NCBI GenBank assembly: GCA_020348925.1
Contig: CP070758.1
Coordinates: forward strand, 248,001 to 312,000
Origin: Gemmatimonadota bacterium
GTDB taxonomy: Bacteria > JBHIER01 > G020348925
DNA: 64,000 bases
Direction: 5' to 3'
Shown here: positions 59,299 to 64,000 of the stretch, piece by piece
Numbering within the stretch: position 1 is the stretch's first letter
Layout: the number at the start of each line of letters is the position of its first letter
Made by a program: the position numbers and the translations under genes
Notes under the pieces: generated by a model
What the model was told of the DNA's origin: nothing
What the model saw: the letters and a program-made list of their open reading frames with translations, nothing else
Databases searched by the model: none

Positions 59299-61851
59299 AT
59301 GAAGCATGCGATTCATACATTTACCGTGACACCCAAACTGCCGCAAAGATTGAGCTGTTTGAGGGATATCGCGTATAACCTCTACTGGAGCTGGAACAAC
59401 GATATCGTTGAGCTCTTTCGCCGCTTGGATGCCGATCTTTGGGATGAGACTGGGCACAATCCCGCATTAATGCTGGGTCTTATTGGGCAGGAACGACTTG
59501 AGGAAGTGGCCAGGCACGATGCTTTCCTGGCCCATATGGATCGCGTCAGGGAGAGCCTGGAAAGCTACATGAAGGCAGCCTCATGGTACGACAAACAGAG
59601 CCGGCAGAACAATTTATGTATAGCCTACTTCTCCGCGGAATACGGCATTACTGAATGTCTGCCGTTTTACTCTGGCGGCCTTGGGGTTCTTGCAGGGGAT
59701 CATCTCAAGTCCGCGAGTGATCTGGGATTGCCTCTGGTCGGCGTAGGACTCCTCTACCAGGAGGGATACTTCAATCAGTACCTCGACTCTGACGGCTGGC
59801 AACAGGAATCGTACCCTGAGAACGACTTCTATAATATGCCGATTCAGCCTGAGCGGGATAACGCGGGCAATCCGTTGAAGATAGAGGTCGAATACCCCGA
59901 GGGACCGGTTTTTTCGCAGATCTGGCGGGCACAGATGGGCAGGGTTCCCCTGTACCTCTTGGATACGAATATACCGGACAATAAAAATCCGGAGGATCGG
60001 GATATTACCGACCGATTGTACGGTGGGGATCAGGAGTATCGTATCCGTCAAGAGATTATGTTGGGCATTGGCGGATTGCGTGCTTTGGATGTCCTGGGGA
60101 TCCAGCCCACCGTGTACCATATGAACGAAGGGCACTCGGCCTTTCTTATCTTCGAGCGTATCCGCCGACTCATGCTGGAACGTAATCTTAACTTCGAGGA
60201 TGCATTTGAGATGACATTGGCCTCAAACGTATTCACAACGCATACGTCCGTACCTGCGGGTATTGATATTTTCGCTGACAAAATGTTGGATAAGTATTTT
60301 TCCAATTATTGTACGGAGTTGGGGATTTCAAAAGACGTCCTCCTCTCTCTCGGGAAGCGATCGCCTGAGAGTCATGACTTCTGTATGGCCTCCCTTGCTC
60401 TCCGATCCTCGGAATTCTCAAATGGCGTCAGTACGATACACGGTGAAATTTCAAGAAATCTGTGGAAGGCTATGTGGCCGGAGGTCCCCCAACACGAAAT
60501 TCCGATTGCCTCAAATACGAATGGAGTCCACATCAGTTCTTGGATTTCGAAAGATATGGGACCGCTGTTCAACAGATATCTGGGTCCCAAGTGGGCTGAA
60601 GATCCTCTGGATAAAGAGGTATGGGACAGGATCGATGAAATTCCCGACGTCGAACTCTGGCGCAATCATCAGCGTCGCCGGGAGCGTTTGGTCGCTTATG
60701 CGAGACAGAGTTTACGGACACGACTCGAACGGAGGGGCGCGTCTCGCTCTGAAATCGAGGGATCGAAAGAGGTGCTCAATCCCTCGGCGCTCACTATCGG
60801 ATTTGCACGACGGTTTGCCGCCTATAAGAGAGCCGATCTGATTTTGAAGAACTCAGATCGATTGGCTCGAATCTTATCGAACACGGAGCGACCGGTACAG
60901 ATTATTTTTGCGGGGAAAGCACACCCACAGGATGAAGAAGCCAAAGATATTCTGCGAAAGCTCATTCATCTGTTGCGTCAGGAGCCCTTTCGAAGCAGAA
61001 TTGTTTTTATCGAAAATTATTCGATGTCTGTGGCGAGATATATTGTTCAGGGCTCTGATTTATGGCTGAATACGCCGCGTCGTCTCAACGAGGCCTGCGG
61101 TACGAGCGGAATGAAAGCGGCAGCCAACGGTGTTATCAATATGAGTATTTTGGACGGTTGGTGGGACGAAGCGCATGGGACTGACATCGGCTGGGCCATC
61201 GGGCACCGAGAGATGTATGAAGACTTTGATTATCAGGATAAAGTGGAAAGCAACATGATCTACGAGATGCTGGAGAAGGAGATCGTTCCGACGTTTTACG
61301 AACGGGGATCTGATAATCTTCCGCGTCGATGGATTGCATTGATGAAGGCGAGTATGCGTTCCATCTGCCCCGTTTTTTACGCGAACAGAATGGTCTGTGA
61401 ATATTACCAGAGATTCTATCAGCCGTGCGCTCAGCTGGCGAACAATCTATCTGCCGGTAATTTCGCTCGGGCCAAGCGTCTGGCCCTCTGGAAATCACAC
61501 ATGCGCGAGAAGTGGCAACAGGTTATAATAAACACCGTGGAGTCGGATTCTGATCCTGTGGAAGTCGGCTCAAAGCTCCGTGTCCGGGCTGAAGTTTATC
61601 TCGGATCCTTTGAACCGAAGGATGTGTCGGTTCAGATCTATTCGGGTCGAGTCGATTCAAAGGGAGAAATTGTGTCCGGCCAGGGTATCGAAATGGAAAA
61701 CGTCGAACCCAAAGGCGGTGGTGCCTATCTCTTTCAGGGGGCAGTTCCTTGCCGAAGCAGCGGTCAACACGGATATTCGGTCCGGGTTTTGCCCAAACAC
61801 GAAGATCTCAATAATCCCTTCATCATGAATTTGATCACCTGGGTGTTCTGA
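59299..61851 (+). CDS. glgP: Alpha-glucan (glycogen/starch) phosphorylase
   Basis: YSGGLGVLAGDHLKSASD, HMNEGH, FARRFAAYKR, GKAHP and EACGTSGMK motifs. Confidence 0.96.
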   Translation: MKHAIHTFTVTPKLPQRLSCLRDIAYNLYWSWNNDIVELFRRLDADLWDETGHNPALMLGLIGQERLEEVARHDAFLAHMDRVRESLESYMKAASWYDKQSRQNNLCIAYFSAEYGITECLPFYSGGLGVLAGDHLKSASDLGLPLVGVGLLYQEGYFNQYLDSDGWQQESYPENDFYNMPIQPERDNAGNPLKIEVEYPEGPVFSQIWRAQMGRVPLYLLDTNIPDNKNPEDRDITDRLYGGDQEYRIRQEIMLGIGGLRALDVLGIQPTVYHMNEGHSAFLIFERIRRLMLERNLNFEDAFEMTLASNVFTTHTSVPAGIDIFADKMLDKYFSNYCTELGISKDVLLSLGKRSPESHDFCMASLALRSSEFSNGVSTIHGEISRNLWKAMWPEVPQHEIPIASNTNGVHISSWISKDMGPLFNRYLGPKWAEDPLDKEVWDRIDEIPDVELWRNHQRRRERLVAYARQSLRTRLERRGASRSEIEGSKEVLNPSALTIGFARRFAAYKRADLILKNSDRLARILSNTERPVQIIFAGKAHPQDEEAKDILRKLIHLLRQEPFRSRIVFIENYSMSVARYIVQGSDLWLNTPRRLNEACGTSGMKAAANGVINMSILDGWWDEAHGTDIGWAIGHREMYEDFDYQDKVESNMIYEMLEKEIVPTFYERGSDNLPRRWIALMKASMRSICPVFYANRMVCEYYQRFYQPCAQLANNLSAGNFARAKRLALWKSHMREKWQQVIINTVESDSDPVEVGSKLRVRAEVYLGSFEPKDVSVQIYSGRVDSKGEIVSGQGIEMENVEPKGGGAYLFQGAVPCRSSGQHGYSVRVLPKHEDLNNPFIMNLITWVF

Positions 61852-62631
61852 GCAATGTGGCTGATCTCCGAAAATCATGACCTGCGTGATGATCCACTCT
61901 GATCTTCCGCCTCCTCTGAATCATCAGTAATTTTTCTCTTGACAACACATATCAGGAATATATATTGAATATACTTTGAGAGGAATCCGTAGGTTTTTTT
62001 CTATGTGTTAATTTTTGAAGAGTGAAGTATAGTTATCGTCACTTTCGGCTTTTAACCCGATCAAGGAGGTAAAGTAAATGGTACCGCTCCATAAAAGGAA
62101 TTTTTTCTACCGTTAATGTCCATGTCGGCAGTACAGAGGTTTCTCCCCTGTGTGCACATATCGTATAAGCGATTTTCCCCGGGCCATAGGTTTCCTGATC
62201 AAAGTATCTCCATGCCCTGAAAAGGGGCAATGGACGCTTTGTGGTGTTGCCGACCGGGAGGACTCGCGATTTTAGAGCTTGCTGGGATGGTCTGTACGCT
62301 CGAAATTGAATGAAAGGAGGTGAATTGTACTCGTAATTTCATTTGGGGAGGAGAACACCCCTCGAGTACGTCGATTGACCGGCGGAACGAAATCATCGAC
62401 GGTAGAAGAAACCAAGACCTTTGTGATTGAAACTCAGGCGCTCTTGATCCTGGGCTCACATACTGCGAATCGACCACTGCTTTCAAAAAAAGAATCATGT
62501 TGTGAACAGAAGAAGGATTGAGGGATCTCTCCTTGTGCAAGCGTTGATCAGCGCCTAAGGTACCTTACTCTCCTCACATTTTCGTTGTCTGTTGTCCATT
62601 GACGTTTTGTCTTTGAAGGAGGAGGTATGCC

Positions 62632-63672
62632 ATGAAAAAGCAGTTCACAGTAGTCCTCGTATTCGCCCTCCTGCTGGGCCAGAGACTCTGCCTCTCGGCG
62701 GAGCTGCAGAATACGATGAACAGGACTGTCGTCATCAATGAGATTATGCAGAATCCGGCTGCTGTCTCCGATGCGAAAGGGGAGTGGTTCGAATTGTACA
62801 ATATGGGAGATGAGGATGTGGACATCAATGGTTGGAGGATCGCGGATAACGGAAGTGACGAGCATGTCATAGATGGCGGCGGTCCGCTCCTCGTCCCAGC
62901 CAAAGGGTACCTTGTTTTGGGGAAAAATGCCAATCAGGAGGATAACGGCGGTGTTTCGATTGACTACCAATATGGAGATTTTACCCTGGGCAATAGTGAT
63001 GATGAGGTCATAGTACTTGATGCGGACAGCCTTGAAGTGGACCGTGTCGAATTCGACGGGGGCCCCGCATTTCCCGATCCCGCCGGTGCCTCCATGGAAT
63101 TGAACAGTCCGGAGTTGGACAACAACGTCGGAGAGAACTGGCACACCGCTTTTACCCCTTATGGAGATGGGGACTTCGGCACCCCTGGGAACCCCAACAG
63201 TATTGGATTAACGATCAGGACGTCACAGCTTCCCGATGGGGCGGTGGGGATCGAATATAGCCGGATGATCGAAGCAGAAGGCGGTATTCAACCTTACACG
63301 TGGCAACTTGTCGCCGGAGCGTTGCCGGAGAGTCTCTCCCTCGACAGCACCGGTGTCATCTCCGGAGTCCCCGCGGTTCCCGATACTCAGGTCTTTACTG
63401 TTGAGGTGAGGGATGCTGTTGACAATGTGGCTACAAGGGAGCTGTCGTTGATCATTGTGGCCTTTCAGATCAATAGAGGCGATGTGGACAGTAATGGCGA
63501 GATCGATGTGCTGGATGTACTGGCTGTGGTCAACAGCATTCTCGGGCTTGTGGAGCTGGGATCCTTGGAACTCCAATGCGCGGACTGCAATGCTGACGGT
63601 GGGGTCGATATTCTCGACGCCCTGGGTATCGTGAACGTGATTCTGGGTCTCGGCGAATGCGAGCCGGTCTGA
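62632..63672 (+). CDS. Secreted lamin-tail-domain + Ig-like + dockerin-like protein
   Basis: VVINEIM...EWFELYN...GTPG (LTD); GGIQPYTW...GALPESLSL...GVISGVP (Ig); RGDVD...ADCNADG...LGLGECEPV. Confidence 0.88.
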   Translation: MKKQFTVVLVFALLLGQRLCLSAELQNTMNRTVVINEIMQNPAAVSDAKGEWFELYNMGDEDVDINGWRIADNGSDEHVIDGGGPLLVPAKGYLVLGKNANQEDNGGVSIDYQYGDFTLGNSDDEVIVLDADSLEVDRVEFDGGPAFPDPAGASMELNSPELDNNVGENWHTAFTPYGDGDFGTPGNPNSIGLTIRTSQLPDGAVGIEYSRMIEAEGGIQPYTWQLVAGALPESLSLDSTGVISGVPAVPDTQVFTVEVRDAVDNVATRELSLIIVAFQINRGDVDSNGEIDVLDVLAVVNSILGLVELGSLELQCADCNADGGVDILDALGIVNVILGLGECEPV

Positions 63673-63845
63673 AATCATCGTAAAGTTGTAGTTTTTTATT
63701 TTCGAGAGGAGGAATGAAACGGATCCTTATTGAGTAGCCACTCTTTTTTCGGAATGTGAGATGATTCCGGATCATGGCATGTGACGTCACTGCTTTCACA
63801 TATACGATCGTCATAAATTGAGCGGAGCGGAGATCAGCATGCCAG

Positions 63846-63881
63846 GCCGCCCCAGTTGAAATAATTGGGGCGGCTTTTTTT
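63846..63881 (+). terminator. Rho-independent terminator
   Basis: GCCGCCCCAGTT-GAAAT-AATTGGGGCGGC-TTTTTTT. Confidence 0.85.
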
Positions 63882-64000
63882 AAGCCCCGTATGAACTTTC
63901 ACCAGAAGTTCTCATTAAGCTCATGCTAAGACGGTGGATTATGTATGGCATGATGGGTCTCCACGTGAAATAATACCTTCATGATGCCAATCGAAATTCA

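Overview
Draft or metagenome-type bacterial scaffold. Four 100-N gaps (16537-16636, 19145-19244, 30702-30801, 44841-44940) join apparently unrelated contig ends, so adjacency across a gap is unreliable. The secreted proteins carry 'NYPNPFNP...KxMxLxK' C-terminal domains, dockerins and FG-GAP repeats, which suggests an anaerobic FCB-group-like lineage (inference only). Contents: (1) A minus-strand aromatic amino acid super-operon, trpE-tyrA(CM/PDH)-trpG-trpD-[stand-alone Lrp/AsnC domain]-trpC-trpF-aroE-aroC-aroK-aroB-aroQ. It is preceded by a near-consensus sigma70 promoter, an unannotated 51-aa Trp/Tyr-rich leader peptide and an attenuator hairpin. (2) Housekeeping and accessory genes: GT2, GlcD-like oxidase, transglutaminase, S9 and M2/M3 peptidases, deoC and mutL fragments, purF, PHP, HD, Fpg/Nei, MFS and two two-component systems. 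(3) Four secreted proteins sharing a Cys-containing dockerin-like tag, plus a cohesin-like fragment. (4) An unannotated stand-alone 43-aa hydrophobic peptide gene with (IGPV)x3 repeats. (5) A pyk-ferredoxin-AOR-family oxidoreductase-pfkA-beta-CASP RNase-glgP cluster. (6) Several gene remnants (IS1380, XRE HTH, kinase N-terminus, MetH motif, RM C-terminus). No rRNA, tRNA or CRISPR array was seen.
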